From Balanoglossus misakiensis (Eukaryota; Animalia; Hemichordata): DNA of 64,000 bases. Under the pieces are notes generated by a model that saw only the letters and a list, made by a program, of their open reading frames with translations, did no database searches and was not told the DNA's origin. This document shows positions 13,015 to 27,724 of the stretch, one piece after another (position 1 is the stretch's first letter; every line of letters starts with the position of its first letter). The stretch spans positions 7,394,468-7,458,467 of the forward strand of contig CM082596.2 in assembly GCA_040954595.2 (NCBI GenBank), in the 5' to 3' direction. Position numbers and translations under genes: made by a program.

Positions 13015-15910
13015 TTATCATGATTATTCATGTTCCGTGCCATTACTCGGACATGCCTGAACCAAACTTTGAAACTTGCATGAGCAAACATTGGTTCTCA
13101 CGTAAACGCCCGCATAGTTTAACGATAACCATAACATCGCAAGATGTTTTTTTCTGAACATCTGCTAGACATGTAAGACGATAATACGGAAACAGGTCGA
13201 GCAGAAAATGGGCAACTATAAACGAACTTTACGTGCAGCAATGGGCTTTGGGCTTGTGCAACGCCCCGTTTGCTTGGCTATTTGTGGACATAATTCAATT
13301 AAGATCTGGAAATTTAATTTACATGGGCCTGCGTATGAAATGTCTGGCCTTCAGCGGTTTTTTGTGTTTGTGAGCGCAACTAATTACCGCCCTGGATATG
13401 CGTATAATGGATATACAAAACAGTCCCCCATGCAGTTGTGTGTAAAGCGATGTGGAACCAAGGCATTACAGGCCGTCTACACCGCACGGGCGTATCGCAT
13501 CCACAGTGTGTGTCATGTCAAGTTAAAAGGAAGTTGTGCAGGCGATGACCTCATATTGTGTATATTTATAATGGCGGGAAAAGGAACATAATCGAAGCAG
13601 GTCCCGGCCTAATGTCTGATAATCTTCTTTGGAAAGTCACCTATTGTTGGTTTTGTGAAGTTGGTTAGAGCTATAGCATGGCGTCGCTTGCTGTCTTCGC
13701 CTGTCGGCATGTCTCTATCTCTCTCCATCGATCTGTCTTTATTAATACGTCGCTCAGCCCTGAATATATATGCAAGCCTGCTGGATTAGGCCGCAGTTGT
13801 TCAGCTGTGGCTGCTGGGATTTCACAAAGAATAACAAGAAATCCGAGCACATCAGGTCGCTTGACATGAAAGTCCTTTTCCCCGTCGATTACAGAGACAT
13901 GTTTTCCACCCAAAAAGGAATCGTGTTTTTGCATTCGTGTCATATGAGGAGATATTTTATGTTTGTGTACTGAAACAAGACAAATCTTCGGGCGCAAAGA
14001 TTTACTCAAACCTTACACCCTCAGTACGCTTGCAAATAAATCAGTGACGTCATAATTCATGGTACATACCAATATATCTTCTAAACGTGGGATTAAAGAT
14101 ACATTAACCGACAATTCAGTATGTTACTGAAAGCAGATTTCTCTGATGAAACATGAAGCGAGTAGTTTTAAAAGTTCGTGACTTTGTGACATGCTATATG
14201 GGATTCTGTTGTGCGTATTTCTGGTGTAAGTGTTGGACAAACATGAACCCAATTTCCTGCTCCACATTTCAGAGACTTCAGAAGACATCATAGCAAATAT
14301 TTCATACCAGCTGGAGAGGTGAGGTTGCACAGACACACAAACGCGCAGCACTGCAACCGAAGTCCCAAGCGATCCGTGCTTACACCATAGTTGTCGTTCC
14401 GAGGCTTTGGGTTTCGTTGTTATCGAGGCGAATCAATCTTTTGAAAATAAACTTTGCGCCAGTCTAGAAGAAAAACATCGGAGGGACAAGGAAGATTCAA
14501 GGATATGCTGAGTCGCACGGAGCATTTTCTTCTTGTGCCTATATCCATGTTCAGTGGCTGGGTATAAGTTGAATCCACTTTTGTACTGAGAGTTGAATGA
14601 ACCCTTCAAGTTCCAGCTGAGCTATATTTTGTGGTCAGCCTCATCTTCGAATTTGGTTTCAAATTCACCCGAGGTGTAAACTAATATTAACAGCGGGCAT
14701 ACGCATTTCTTTCTTTTCTGTTTTTTTTTAACGGCTGACGATTCTGGCGTGAATAAACTAGAAAGATCTTTCAGACACTAGACCATGAAGCCCCACACCA
14801 GATATGAATATTTTAAATCTATGGATAAGTTGTTATCGACTTCGTTTTTTTTTCTATCTCCCGAAACATTATTGTCTAGCATGCTCCCGATTTGGCAGCT
14901 GTCAGACCGGGTTAGAGAAACATGATGTCCAAATAAACTCTTCAATGAAAGATTATCACACCACCGCAACCGTCAATTGATGACACAGATAATGAAGATT
15001 TGCAATGAAGTACCAATCACAGCCTGTGGACTCAAATGAACCAAACACAACCAATTTTCAATCATATAACCACATCGGGAATAGAACTAAATTGGCTCCC
15101 ATAAATACTCGTTTGAAGAATTATACCATAGTCATCTCTTATATCAGCCAACTTATATGACATTACTATAACATTAACAAGCATTAATATGACATTTACA
15201 AGCATTTACTGCCATGTTTACAACCTGAAAAATGAGCTGACTAGAAGTCTTTCTCGCATGCGCAGTAGAATTCGTATCAAGTGTCTTCTTTTATTGATCT
15301 AGGTCGGGTTTTGTCATTCTGGTGAATGAAAGCACACTGTTTCGACTAAACAATTTCCATAATTTATCTCTGGGCAGCTGGAAGTCAGTGTTTTGACTTA
15401 TTGGTGGTAAACAATTATTTAATGGGCGTGATCATCGCTGTCAATTACCAGTAAATCCTGAAGATTATTGTCACAATATCGTAAATCAAATTATGGTCAA
15501 ATTTAAACATCTAGTAAATACTGCGGTGTTTTTTTTTTCGTGAATGTCAATTAGACAAGAGTTGCAATACGCTTCAGTTGTCATATGTGGCCAGCAAGAT
15601 TGTTCGTTAATTGTTTTCTCGTATTTAATGTGGAAGTTTTTTACGAATTCCTTTGCTTGTTTTCGCATCTAATTCAAAGCCGTGCTCGATTCAGCGCACT
15701 GGTAAGAACTGGGTTTGGAAAGTGAAAGTCACCGAAACAGTCGCGCTTGTAGAGAGTTGCTTCCGGTAAGATAACGAAAGAGTTGAGGGATTCTGATCAA
15801 AACAAGCCAGTATCAATGACATGGTCCCCGCTGGAATCGACAGATTAAGAAATCAATGGAAGATATCAGTATCCTTGCGACAAGGTGCAATGGAAGCATT
15901 TCTCATATAC

Positions 15911-16006
15911 CAAAATGGCCGCCTGGCAGCCATATTGGATAACATCATGGCACAAATCGACTTGCATATGTACATCATCGTACATTGCCCTTATACCAAG
16001 TATGAA
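15911..16006 (+). repeat. Dispersed repeat family E fragment
   Basis: CAAAATGGCCGCCTGGCAGCCATATTGGAT...CACAAATCGACTTGCATATGTACATC...CAAGTATGAA; a diverged inverted partner of 12914-13014. Confidence 0.75.
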
Positions 16007-19000
16007 CGATTTATACATGCGCAGTACCCACAGGGGCAATTTCACATCTTGATATATTGCGGTGTAACCATGATGCACCTGTCAAATCTACAAACAAAAA
16101 CCGTAATTCACAAGTTAAATGGTGCAAACATCCACAAATAGCTCCTTCTCTTCGAATTAAACATCCACCCACTCAGTCGTCTAACAACTGTTTACAAGAG
16201 GAATGGCCGGCATTTCTAAACCACGGGATGTTTCCACCACTGCGAGCTTCATTCACAAGACCAACATAAATTGCGGGTTTGACTGGGACTTCACACGCCA
16301 GCTTAACCTCTATGTTGTGCTTTCAATGAACTCAGCACCGATAAACATAACAATTACATAAATTCCCATTTATTATTAGCAAGAACGCCGTGACATCACA
16401 CGCAGTGACGTCACACCACTGACACTAAAACGACCCCTGGCCTTATCGTCCAACGCAGATGACGTATGGCATTTTCAAGAGTTCAAAATGACAGAGGGTT
16501 AACTTTTCGTTGCTGGCAAGTGTGTCTAAACCCTGGCCTGTTTAAACTCAGAAGTGTAGAAGTGCGCATATGTAGCTAGCCTGTACGGAAGATATACAAG
16601 GGCAGAAAGCCAATATTTACATTTGAGAATATGAGACGGCTGATGAAGTCTGAAAGTGCGTCATTCTTCTTCAGGATTACACGCAGACGGACTGAAAATT
16701 CAACATTTCGTCATTTTAAAGGTCACGGCCAGTAAAAGTAACTGAAAACTCTTTTAGAATTTACATTTTTGTATCAGCTAAATTTCCTTCTTTTTCCACT
16801 GACTGAGGAATGTACATTCAGCTTTTCAACTCAATTTGTCCTTCAACACTGTGGTACATATTCATGGTGTATATTCAGAGCATCATCGTTAGAAAAATAG
16901 CGCACATGCGCAGAGAGGCGATGACGCGATATTTCAACATGTTCACACGACAAGACATTGAAACTGATGCACATAACGTGTTCAAATTATTTCAGCCATC
17001 GTCCCTTCAAGGGCTAGCGCCGCGTCCACATTGTGATAAATAAATCAAACGGCGAGAAAAAAGTCTGCAAGACAGTCTACGACCCGATTTCACGTAGCTA
17101 AGCTGCTTCGAAAGAAACCCTGCAACCTAACACGTTCATAAAACAATTAAATAAACGACTTAGACACGTAAAATGTGGAATCATGAGCTGTGATAATGGA
17201 AACCACACATAACGGAAGAAGCCCCTACTGTAATTGTCGACCTTTCGCTACCGACAGCAAATTCCGACGCAAATTTCTCAAACTTCGATCCGAAATTGCT
17301 TGCGGTAGTCATGGTTCCTAATTCATAAAGGATAAATCGCGATATCTTGTTCAAAAATGTGCCATGGATTGTGACAATTTTACTGAGTGCACGACAAAAT
17401 GTGATCCTGACTTTTTGGCGGGAAATGAGGCTGCTGCGTTATGATTATTACCACATCAGACAGTACATATGACTCATACACTGGCTTCCGCTGTAGACTG
17501 TCCTGCAGCGTGCAGCGGTGAACTGGAGCGACTGAGAAACACGCGAGGTCAAAACGCCAGGAAGCAGACCGATTTTTACGACTGACTCCTAAATCCTCGA
17601 CTAGACAGACTCCGGGATGGTAGGACATTCACCGCTTTCCTCATAACCGTTCGAAAGAAGACTTAATGCTCCCTGGCGAAAAACCCCAACCGAAGCTAAT
17701 TCCCAAAGCGTTCCAATCCCAAAACTGACAGGTTTAATTCCACAAATATTTACTTTAAAAAATGTCGATTTTAAACTAACGCCGAACGGTGGTCCAGTCC
17801 CGTTGATGGACACATTTAACACAAGTGATCTGCAACATGGTGGCAAAAGGGTGTGTTGGATTGAAATCATGTTTTTCTTTCCTGAAACATCGCAGCAGGT
17901 GAATTTGTGAATTAGCGGACTTGAATTTATTTGTTAATTATGGCATTAGCAGTATTGTGCATTTCAGCAAACTTAAAGGAATAAACATTTGTACAGTCCC
18001 TTTAATACGTCGGAGAAAGGCAAGATTGATACTGCGATAATTTGTTTCACCAAATTCATAAATTATCGATATTTTTACCATGAGTAATAGGTCTATAACC
18101 AGAAGCCTCCCTATGCAGAAACAAAAATGTTTTGATAATTAATTTTGAATGAGCGCTTAATCAGAATAGAGATTTCTAATTTTAAAACTGACTACGTCAT
18201 TGGCTTTCTGTTGAGTTGTTTTTAAAGGGACCCGAGCGGAGAGATGTCCTTGCGATTGCGCACTCTCAGTCCAATGACTATAGGCTTGTTTATTCAGATG
18301 GTCTGACTACATAACGTTGTTGTTAAGTCGGAGAACAACGGCGAACGGAATCGGTTGGATCAAAGCGTGGGAATGATGTGAAGTGAAGTTAGGCGCCGCC
18401 CTGCATTCATACCAACGGGGGCCACTAGCCAATGCGCTGTCATGTACATCTATGGTCCTATAAACGGTACCTACCCGCCCACGCAAAATAAAGACTATCT
18501 ATATTTGATCCGGATATCGAAAATATAAGTGAAGTAGACAGGCTAATAAAAGCAAATGTTATCTACCCAGTATACACAGTCATGTATGGGAATATTTTTC
18601 CCCTGATTAATCGCAAATTTTCACGCAAAAGAACGTAGGTTTACTGACATGTTTTTTACATTGCAGTTGCGATCGCCCCAGATAAGGCTGAAATCGCTGC
18701 GGTTTAAATGGGAAGTATATGGAACATTATGACGGTATAATCTATATGTAAGCTTTAAACGACTCACAAGAATGGCGAAATACTGCCGGGTTTTCCCACA
18801 GAAGAGAATCAGCGAAGAAAACGATACCAAATCTGGTCAGCGTTTCTTCCCCCGGAGTAATGCACCGTTTTATTGCAGTCAGGGAGGGGAAGATCCCAAA
18901 ATAAGTTCCTTTCAAGACGAAAGGGAAAAGCCGAAATTGGACAAAAAAATCTCGGGAGGAGATGAAAAGAAATTTCATTCTCGGTCGGTACTTTAACGCG

Positions 19001-21430
19001 CTCACGCGTCTACCCGTCTCTGTAGACCTAAATGGGAAAGTCGTGTTGCGAGTCGCCCGGTGATGAGTGAAACAACGCAGGCGACATATATCCAATTGGC
19101 GGGTGAATCAAGGGTATCGGGAAAAGAGAGATAGGCCCGCGGCTAGTGAACGCGGCCATAATTAAATAGAGGCGGGCGATGTTTCCCCCGCCGGGGTAGC
19201 CAACTACAAAGCGATGAACAGATCAAAGGTCACGTGTACTGTGTAGTACTCATCTTCTTGCGTCGCATCTCCCGAGTTCGGGTCTGGTCAGCTGTTTGGC
19301 TGCATGCATTCTGCTCGAGTCACAGATTCCCGTTCGGATTAAGTCAGGAAATGCCAAAACACGTCTAGAACATGTGCCCTGAGACGGTATTTACAGACTG
19401 GCCGCGGCGGTTTCCTGCCAATGCCTCAACAGACCATGTAGTCCCCCTCCCGTCGCCAAGAACAGAGCTTGTAACCATTATCATACACCATCACATGTGC
19501 ACCCTGGATCCGGATCACTGCACTGGGTTAAAGCAATCAGGCGGGGGGGGGGGGGCTAGACATGATTCCTTTACATGGGCCGCCATATGGGTCTCCATGG
19601 TGATGTCGGATCTTCCTCGAGACAGACAGACAGACATCCACAGAAAGATTTCAGCTTGTTCGTTTCACTCAGCGCGTTTGTTTCGATAGATTAAATCAAC
19701 AATTGCGTCCTTTGACTGAAAAAAAGAGAAACAGCGTCTAAAAACAACCGCGGACCACCCTTTGAGAGAAAGCGCTGAAAGTCTGATTGAAGTACCCCGA
19801 TACACGGAAAATTATACTGCAATAACCCAATTTCCAAAATATCCACCTATAGGCTGCACGAGATCTGTACATTTGTACATCATTATCAGTTCTAGCAATG
19901 GACATGTCCGTGGGAATATTGCGGGTAAACGGCGTTATTAACAACGCAGGAAATGAAATCAAACATCCGCGATTTTTTCTTCCCTTCTTGCGATTAATTA
20001 AACAAAATCCAACTGCCAGTTGCACTGGGAACTGAGGAACAGGGCCGGCTACTGTGTGCCCCAATCGTGATCGCTCCTGCCAATTTCCGCACAATTTCTT
20101 CCTCCAGTGACCAGCCAACAAGGCGGCCATTGTCGACGGCATCTCCTTGGACACGTCTGAAGGTCTTCCTCATTAAGGAGCGATGAACTCTACCGTCTGT
20201 CGGCTGTGTCTGCCCGAGCCCCGCTGGATAATTGACTACCCGCGATAAATTAGGGAAAGAAAGGTCAGTGACAGATTTCTAGAAATTGGGCCATAAAACG
20301 ACACCGGACAGGGGAAAGTGTTATTTTTGTCGCGTTTAAGAATACACAGGGGTGGTTAAAATTAATTGCGGCGTGTACTGGCACAAAGAACACGCGGACG
20401 GTCACCCCAGAAAGTACGCCTAGGCTAGGATGGCGATGTAATGTTGGTGGTGGTCAGTGGCAGCAAGTTAGCAGCTGTAATATACATTACGCGTGGTTCC
20501 CATCAAAGTTTGCTTCTTCATAACAATCTTTTCGTCACTTGGCAATATCGCCACGGTGTGTTAACAGAAACTCGTCTCTCCGACCGCTATGACAAATACG
20601 CAGCATGTCAGACAAACAGTAATTAATCGACGCGTATGATTTACGCGCGTGATTCAATGGAAGAGAGGGTTGGTGTAAATGACATGCATGAGTGAGGGTG
20701 AAGTCTTTTCCCCAATCACTCATTACCTACTCGCCCCCCTTCCCTCACGATGACGTCACTCAAATTGAACGTCTATATCCAGGCGTGTGTTTTCTGACTG
20801 CGAACATGCCTTGTGCTACTACATGTATATCTACACACACGGCTACTAAACGTTCGTTAATCCTGAGAGCTGTGAAGGCAATATTGAATGGCGAGCGGCT
20901 GTCATGTTTTTTGTCCGGGTTATGTAATTCAATTAGCCCAGACGTTCAGTTATCACGTGATTCTTCCAAATCTGTGTTCTCCACACGGCTTCCCGCCTGA
21001 TGGAAACCCCAAAGTTTATTTGTACAAATACAGACTGCCTTCTCAGCAGACAGCCAGCGGGTCGCTCTGCAGATGATGCGGGGTAGCCAGTACGTGACAT
21101 TGGTTGAGAGCCAACTAACTCCAGCAGTTTGGAGAATGGCCTTTTCATCAGGCCAGCGCGTATGTATGTGTATACCCAGGGTCGCGCCTGTGGTCTCGCT
21201 GTTTCTTTTTCCCAGCTACTTCACAACATGCGCTGAGGATGACGGCCAGGCGTCTGCGCGGGGTTGCCTCGAGCGCGCACGGTAGTAGGCAGAGAGACGC
21301 GTCGAGATCTGTCGCCTTTCTGTCATGTCAGGCGAGGCGCAAATCTGAGTCATCGGCGAAACAAAGTGACGAACATCGGGCACGGTGAGATACGGAGAAC
21401 GGGGAACGGGTTGAAACACAGTGCGTCGTT

Positions 21431-21483
21431 GTGATGTCACCGTGTTACACGTATCTCGAGTGATGTCACCATGTAACATGTAT
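21431..21483. repeat. Short tandem duplication (24-bp unit, period 29)
   Basis: GTGATGTCACCGTGTTACACGTAT and GTGATGTCACCATGTAACATGTAT, 3 mismatches. Confidence 0.8.
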
Positions 21484-23382
21484 TTATACACACAATTAGA
21501 AACATACACATCCGTGGTTCTACACGATGGTTAAACGGTCTGCGTCGCGAAAATGGGCCTTGCGTGTACGTTCTTTAACGATTGAACATCACACACACAA
21601 CGAAGCTAATGTACTGAATGAAATTCGAAGTACTCACCTCGCGTCTGCAGCGCAAGCCCGAGAAAGAAAACACACAAATTTATCCGAGGAGCTCCGCAAC
21701 CACACATGGAAACACGAAGACGGTCACTGCACAAGTGAAATGTGTCGGGCCAGTTGATTGACAGCCGGGTTGGAGTGCGCATGCGCACACCGTTCGCCCG
21801 TGACTCGCTCTCGACACCGCTATATGAACAAAGAAACCTGGGATTGTTGTTTTCGGAGAGAGATTTCATTCCAGCCTTCCTTTTCCAATTCGCCTCGTAA
21901 TTCCCATCGACAGTGCTCTTTTGTTTCGCTGCCACATGAGCCGACGGTGGACAAGACACGACGTGGCAAAAAAACCTCCGCTGAATTCCCGCCTAATGAC
22001 CGCCCGCAGGGAGACTCACCGGTCGAACGACATCCGAGCCGCTCGGCGCGAATACTATCCCTGTTTAGGATTAGCGAGAAAGCATGCTTGCCCGGCTTGC
22101 GGTTTTGCTAATCCATAGCTCCTTTATAACAATCAATTATCTAAACTATGCCAGTGCCTTCACGCCGCACTGAGGCTTAAAGACATCTCGACCATTTCCC
22201 AAATTCGCCAAATGTCGCCGTCCTTCAGCGCGTGAGAGACACGGCCACGGTCAAGTGCAAAGGGGGGAAACTCAAGCCTCGCGATACAGTTACAGAATTT
22301 CAGCAACACTCCAACGGCTGAAGTGGTGAACCGGAGCCGCTAAATCCACCCCCCCCCCCCGTGTAAAAAGACACCCCCTTTCAAATCGATCACAAAAGCA
22401 ACGGAGAAGTGACCCGAACATCACTCAGCCTCTGGAATACCACGGCTGCATTCTAGAAATTCCCGTAAAATGGTCAGTTTGTTTTTTGTTACATCGTGGC
22501 GATAGTTCGCGTTTTTGGCTTAAACGCCGACCTGGCCTATAGACCTTCGCCCCTGATTGGGGGGGGGGGGACATGCAGACCTTAAAAAAAGTCCGTTCAA
22601 TTCAGAGTCTAGATAACTGATGCCGAATTGAAATCTTCCTAACCATGTCAACATTGGTAATAAACACAACGCCCCTCAGTAAGAATTACAACTCCTAAGT
22701 CGCTTTAACCGCAATATTTTACGCTCATTTACGATTTTGTTTTAGTTTGACTCCTTAAAATATAGGCCTACACAAACAGTTCAGTCCGCGCCATGCGTGT
22801 CGACGTGAACTGGGATGTAGCCCTTTCTAATTTTATCCTGGTAATTTTATAAACTATTAGTTATTACAGTATTGATATTATCCAGATGGACTTACTTTGC
22901 AATCGCGTTTTACGGGTCATATAGTTTTCAGACCGTCGAAGCCCCAGCCCGACAAGCGGGCTGCAATGGCTTCTGTATAAACTGCCTCACGGCTAATACC
23001 AATTAAGGGCCATTCTCACTGCAGCCGTGCAAGGACGGGGCATGGCACAAACACACACATGTGTTTTCAGCCGTTTTGGGGGCAAGTACGCTCGTATTAA
23101 GCCTTCCTCCCCTCGGCTCTACACAAACAGCTCCCGAGAACCGCTTTCAATGACAGAGAGCCTGTATTAACCTCCAAGCGCCCCCAATCTCCGCGGGGTG
23201 TCATGTGTTTTTGAAGAACACGGGTCAAGAGCTGAAATTGAACAGACACGCCGAGCCTTTGATGACGTGATGACGACACTCGTCACCCCTTGACGGCTTG
23301 AATCACCCATTGACGATAGTGCTACACTTGGCCTGAAAATGTATGTATCATATCGCCAGTCAGATAATCGGTCTCTCAGTCA

Positions 23383-23409
23383 CTCTCTGTCTCTGTCTCT
23401 GTCTCTGTC

Positions 23410-23465
<56 letters not shown>
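23383..23465. repeat. Compound (CTCTGT)n/(CT)n microsatellite
   Basis: CTCTGT units followed by a pure CT run. Confidence 0.97.
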
Positions 23466-23467
<2 letters not shown>

Positions 23468-26400
23468 TCACACACACAATCACCAAGCATTCCCGTTAGG
23501 TGCTCAGAAATTGTACATTGGCAGCCATATTTTGGGGTGTACCAAATAAGTACGTGTGAAACTCTGCTGTCGTAAGTACGTTTGCAGGGGTGGCGGACGC
23601 GTCACCCGTCTTTACAAACGTTTCGAACGTGCAGTAGTCCGCGCAAGCGCCAAGAACATTTTACAATGACAACTTCTTTTGATGAGATTTCCATCCCCGA
23701 GGAAAATTGCCTGATGGATCTGCAACCTCTGCTAGGTCATGTGAAAAAGTAAATATAGACCGAGGGATATGATAAAGTGTACAATCAATTACACCCAAGA
23801 CCACCATACGACGTGTCTGTCGTGGGAATAGAATGACAACTGTCAAATATACTCGGTATGCGAAGCTTGAAAATTACTTTTCAATCGCCACGTCAAGAGA
23901 AGAAGCGTCACAACTACCTCCGCCGAGTGAAAATGGGGGGGGGGGGGGGACATTGTGAAGCTTGAAACTTCGGCGTTATGTCATCATCACTTATTTTCGT
24001 ATCAAACGATTGTTTCTATTTCGACAAATATATATATATGTTGCTGATTTGACAGTCAAAGCACGGTCTCGTATTTGAAAGCTTCTATTGAAGCAAAATG
24101 AAGGGGTATGGAAGTTGCAACGTTTGCTTGGTTTTCTTGTTTTGTGTATCGTCGGCCGAAAACGAAGGCCATCGCCTTTCCCCCCACAGATAACTGAATA
24201 TAAACCGGTTTCGTCTTCAATTCAGTGGTCAGCGTTAGCTACGGGGAGTCTGCGAGCGGCAGGCAGGGTTCCGCAAGTTAAAAAACGTGTGCCTTTCAAC
24301 ACGAACAGGAGTAGGCCCAGAACGAGAAGTACAGCCGACCCGCGGCCGCACAGGGGTTCCCGAAACACAATAAAAAGCCGCTGCTACTGTTTCAGACAGC
24401 GCGCTGTCCACCTGACAACGCAGACGACATCACAGCTCCAGTTGCCACGGATTCGAAAGCTTGTCAGCGAAACTGGCTACTCAAACCTTGAACCTTGGTT
24501 CCTGAGGCTGCGCAGCGCTGCGTATTGTCTGACTGTATAGAGTATTGTATCCACCAGACGACAGACACCATCGACGGAAATGCTGAAAGCGAGTAATACA
24601 AGAAGTAGGCCTATGCCTTCCTGTTTGACAAAAACCGCATCGAGTTTCATTCGCACTTTTCATCGTATCGAACTGTATTCCGCGATCATGTACTATTATG
24701 TTTTGTTCGACGTTATACTAAACATGGTGATTGATCGATGAAATTAGTAAATGCAACAGATCGATGGCTGGAAACCGATCGATTATGATTTACAACGCGC
24801 AGGAGATAAAGTCAGATATACGTGTTTGAAGCAAGGATAACTGAACAGCCCATCGTCGCAAACCACGGCCCTTTTACGGCAGCGCTCTGCTCCCCCCAGA
24901 AAATTTCGATAGTGAAACGAAAGAAATCCGTAGTCTGGTGGGGCGAGAATGGAACAGCCAGCTGTATATATATTTACGGTCTGTGTTGCGGAGAGACGTC
25001 GATAGGGCATATATCACTGTGTTGTAATTGGCTAAACGATCACACAGTCACAGTTTCTCGCTCGCTTCGCCTGTAAAAGTTACAGAAACTTATTTTCCAA
25101 TGAACGCGCCCGGTTTTCTCACCTTATCGATCGAACGAGGCCGGTTCGGCGGTGTTGTAGAATCACCGTCTCAATCGACGACACATGCGACAGGGGGCCG
25201 ACGCACTTAACCGCTCGAATCGATCCGCGGCGGCCGGGGTTGTCAACAGAACAATCCCCCCTTTACGGTGAAGAGTCGACCCCCGCGACCCTATCCCTAG
25301 GAGGTCAGGCTAAGGGCACCCGGATCCATAGCCTGCAGCCCACGATAACATTTGCACAATCTCAACATGGCGGTGAAAGGCACAATAATAAGTGCAAGTA
25401 CGGATGAGTTTCACGAAAGGATATACACGTCCAAAGTACGACATGTTACCAACACACTGACGTAATTCTTGACCCGAAAATATTGTTTGTTTATATTTAC
25501 GATTGAACAGCTATTCCAACACATCGGCGAGAGCTAAAAATACGGAATTTACCTACTTCGTTTGTTACTCGTATAAAAATGTCCGCTTTTAAGGCTAGAG
25601 TATGACAAATCCTTGTTTTATTGTCTTGTCATTTGATAAATGTGACAGCAAGAGTCGTGTCTTCAGTATTCGGTCTAAATTGTTTCCTTTATCCGTCGTT
25701 TTGCTTTCTCAGTGTCTGCATATGAAATCGCGTCATGAAAACAACAGATGGATACGGTGAATGAAATACGCGAGCATTAGCTGACCCCCGGCGGCTGCGA
25801 TGGGTCCCCAGGCCCGTGGGTTCAAAAATGCAACCCATTACATCTGCTTGCCTATAACAACCAGTTTATTTCAATATTGCATGTTTCATTGTCAGTCATT
25901 AACTGTGACCCGGTCATGTAGTAAACACAAAATATTTCATCTGCCGGGTTTAAAGGGTCAGGTCGGCTACTGGCTTTGCTGCGATAAATATTCATTGCAA
26001 GGGCGCCCCCTATAACATTGTCAGCATCTCTCTGTCACGGTCTCTCGCCGTCTCTGTCAGTCTGTCCCTCTCCTATGTACATATCCCTCACGGGAAGTAG
26101 TAAATTGTGGCCAAAACGACACCCGAGTCTAAACAAAGTCTGTTGAGGCTTTCCACTAGACACTGTGTTCAAAAGATGTTTCTTAAAATTGTGTTCTTTA
26201 CAGCGATACAAATATCAATCATATATAACCGTTATCTTTGAATTTTAACTCCATTTTGAACATTACAATTACCCCTCCTCCACATCGTACAACGCCTGCG
26301 CACTACCCTCTCACAGTTCACCTGTTATGTCTGGACCTACACAAGAAACAGATGATGACGGTTGCCCTTGATAGTTGATCGGTAGCCTTCATGCAATTAA

Positions 26401-27666
26401 AGAAAAAGTCCAATTCACGGACCAGTTCCCCCCGCATGTGGAATCTATTATTCAGGGTAGCCATCCATAAAGACCGAACCCTTTAAGACGAAGCAACGTG
26501 AGCCTCAGTTCCATCACGGCAGGAATGTCCCATTTTGTATCGACTAACCGATCACTTTACAAAGCGCGCGAACCGTGCAGCCGACTGTCACTCTCTCTCT
26601 CCAACTTGGCCAATGACGCAGGCGCAGTAGACCAGAAAATGGCAGATGCACTCCAGCCTGGAGTGGAGCTGCCTACAAAAATTAAATGTCTATTTTTTTT
26701 CGCGCGTGATATGGGAATACAAATATTTCGTACTGCACTCGTAATGTAAATCAACCCACGACAATCAAAACTCTTTGGTGTTCATAAATGAGCAATGGTA
26801 AGTTTCAAACAGAAGTTTTAAAACTTTCTTTGCACGTGATCTGTGGTACAGAAGAAGTTAGAAAGTTTGGGGTAATCCGCCCAACTCAAGGTGTGTTAAA
26901 AAATATTCGGTGGAAACCGGGGTAAAATCACTTGCATTTTCAATCTTCAAGACCCCCCCGGCTCTTAATGGTCCACCCCTAAGGTGAAATAGAGTTCAGG
27001 CCCGATAGCCAGACTAGAGGGGGAAGAATAAACCTCACGATGAATTGCAGCTGAAAGCCACAATTGTATGGCCTTTTAATCCCGTACATAGCGACACGTT
27101 CAGCAAAGGGATTGCTTTAACCAATCGAAGTTAGGTTGTTCGACTGTAACGACCTGTTCAAAGGGTGGAGTCGCCCCCGTCTGTACAGTGCGTCTGCGTA
27201 TGGATCCCATACGGCACACTATCAAGTTTTGAGTTTGCGCAAACTGTAACTTCTACAGAGTTCATCATTGAAAACAATGATGGTTGTTATTGCGTCGTTA
27301 CTTTTTATAACATTTCCAAATTACTTCGGTATGAACATGTATTGGTTGGCAGGGTCTCCCTGAACAGTGGGAACAGTGGCGATGGTGTGGTTTATATACA
27401 GAAAAGTGTCACATGTTCAGTTCAGACGACCATCCCTCTTTAACCTAAAGCTTACATACTGGATGTGTTTCTGTTTCTTGTCAACCGTGTGACTATACGA
27501 AGCGACGATGAGTCAGGTGAGGGCGCGCGTACTATTTTCTCGGCTGCAACCTGAGTTCCAATGACCGCTTTACGCTGTTACATTTTAATTATCATTTGGT
27601 CACTTTCATTCAAATTTCTTATCAAACTGGCGTAAAAATCTGCAAAGTTCCCTCAATATCACAATT

Positions 27667-27724
27667 TACAGTACTTCATGATGGCCCAATGTCGATGCCT
27701 TGGTCAAAATCATGAAGTATTGTA
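27667..27724. mobile_element. 54-bp TA-flanked hairpin, possible minimal Tc1/mariner-type MITE
   Basis: TA|CAGTACTTCATGAT ... ATCATGAAGTATTG|TA: 16-bp inverted repeat including the TAs, 1 mismatch, 26-nt spacer. Confidence 0.5.

Noticed and set aside
26951-26982. GACCCCCCCGGCTCTTAATGGTCCACCCC|TAA, resembling a Harbinger-type MITE end
   Set aside because: No partner terminus or second copy found in the window.
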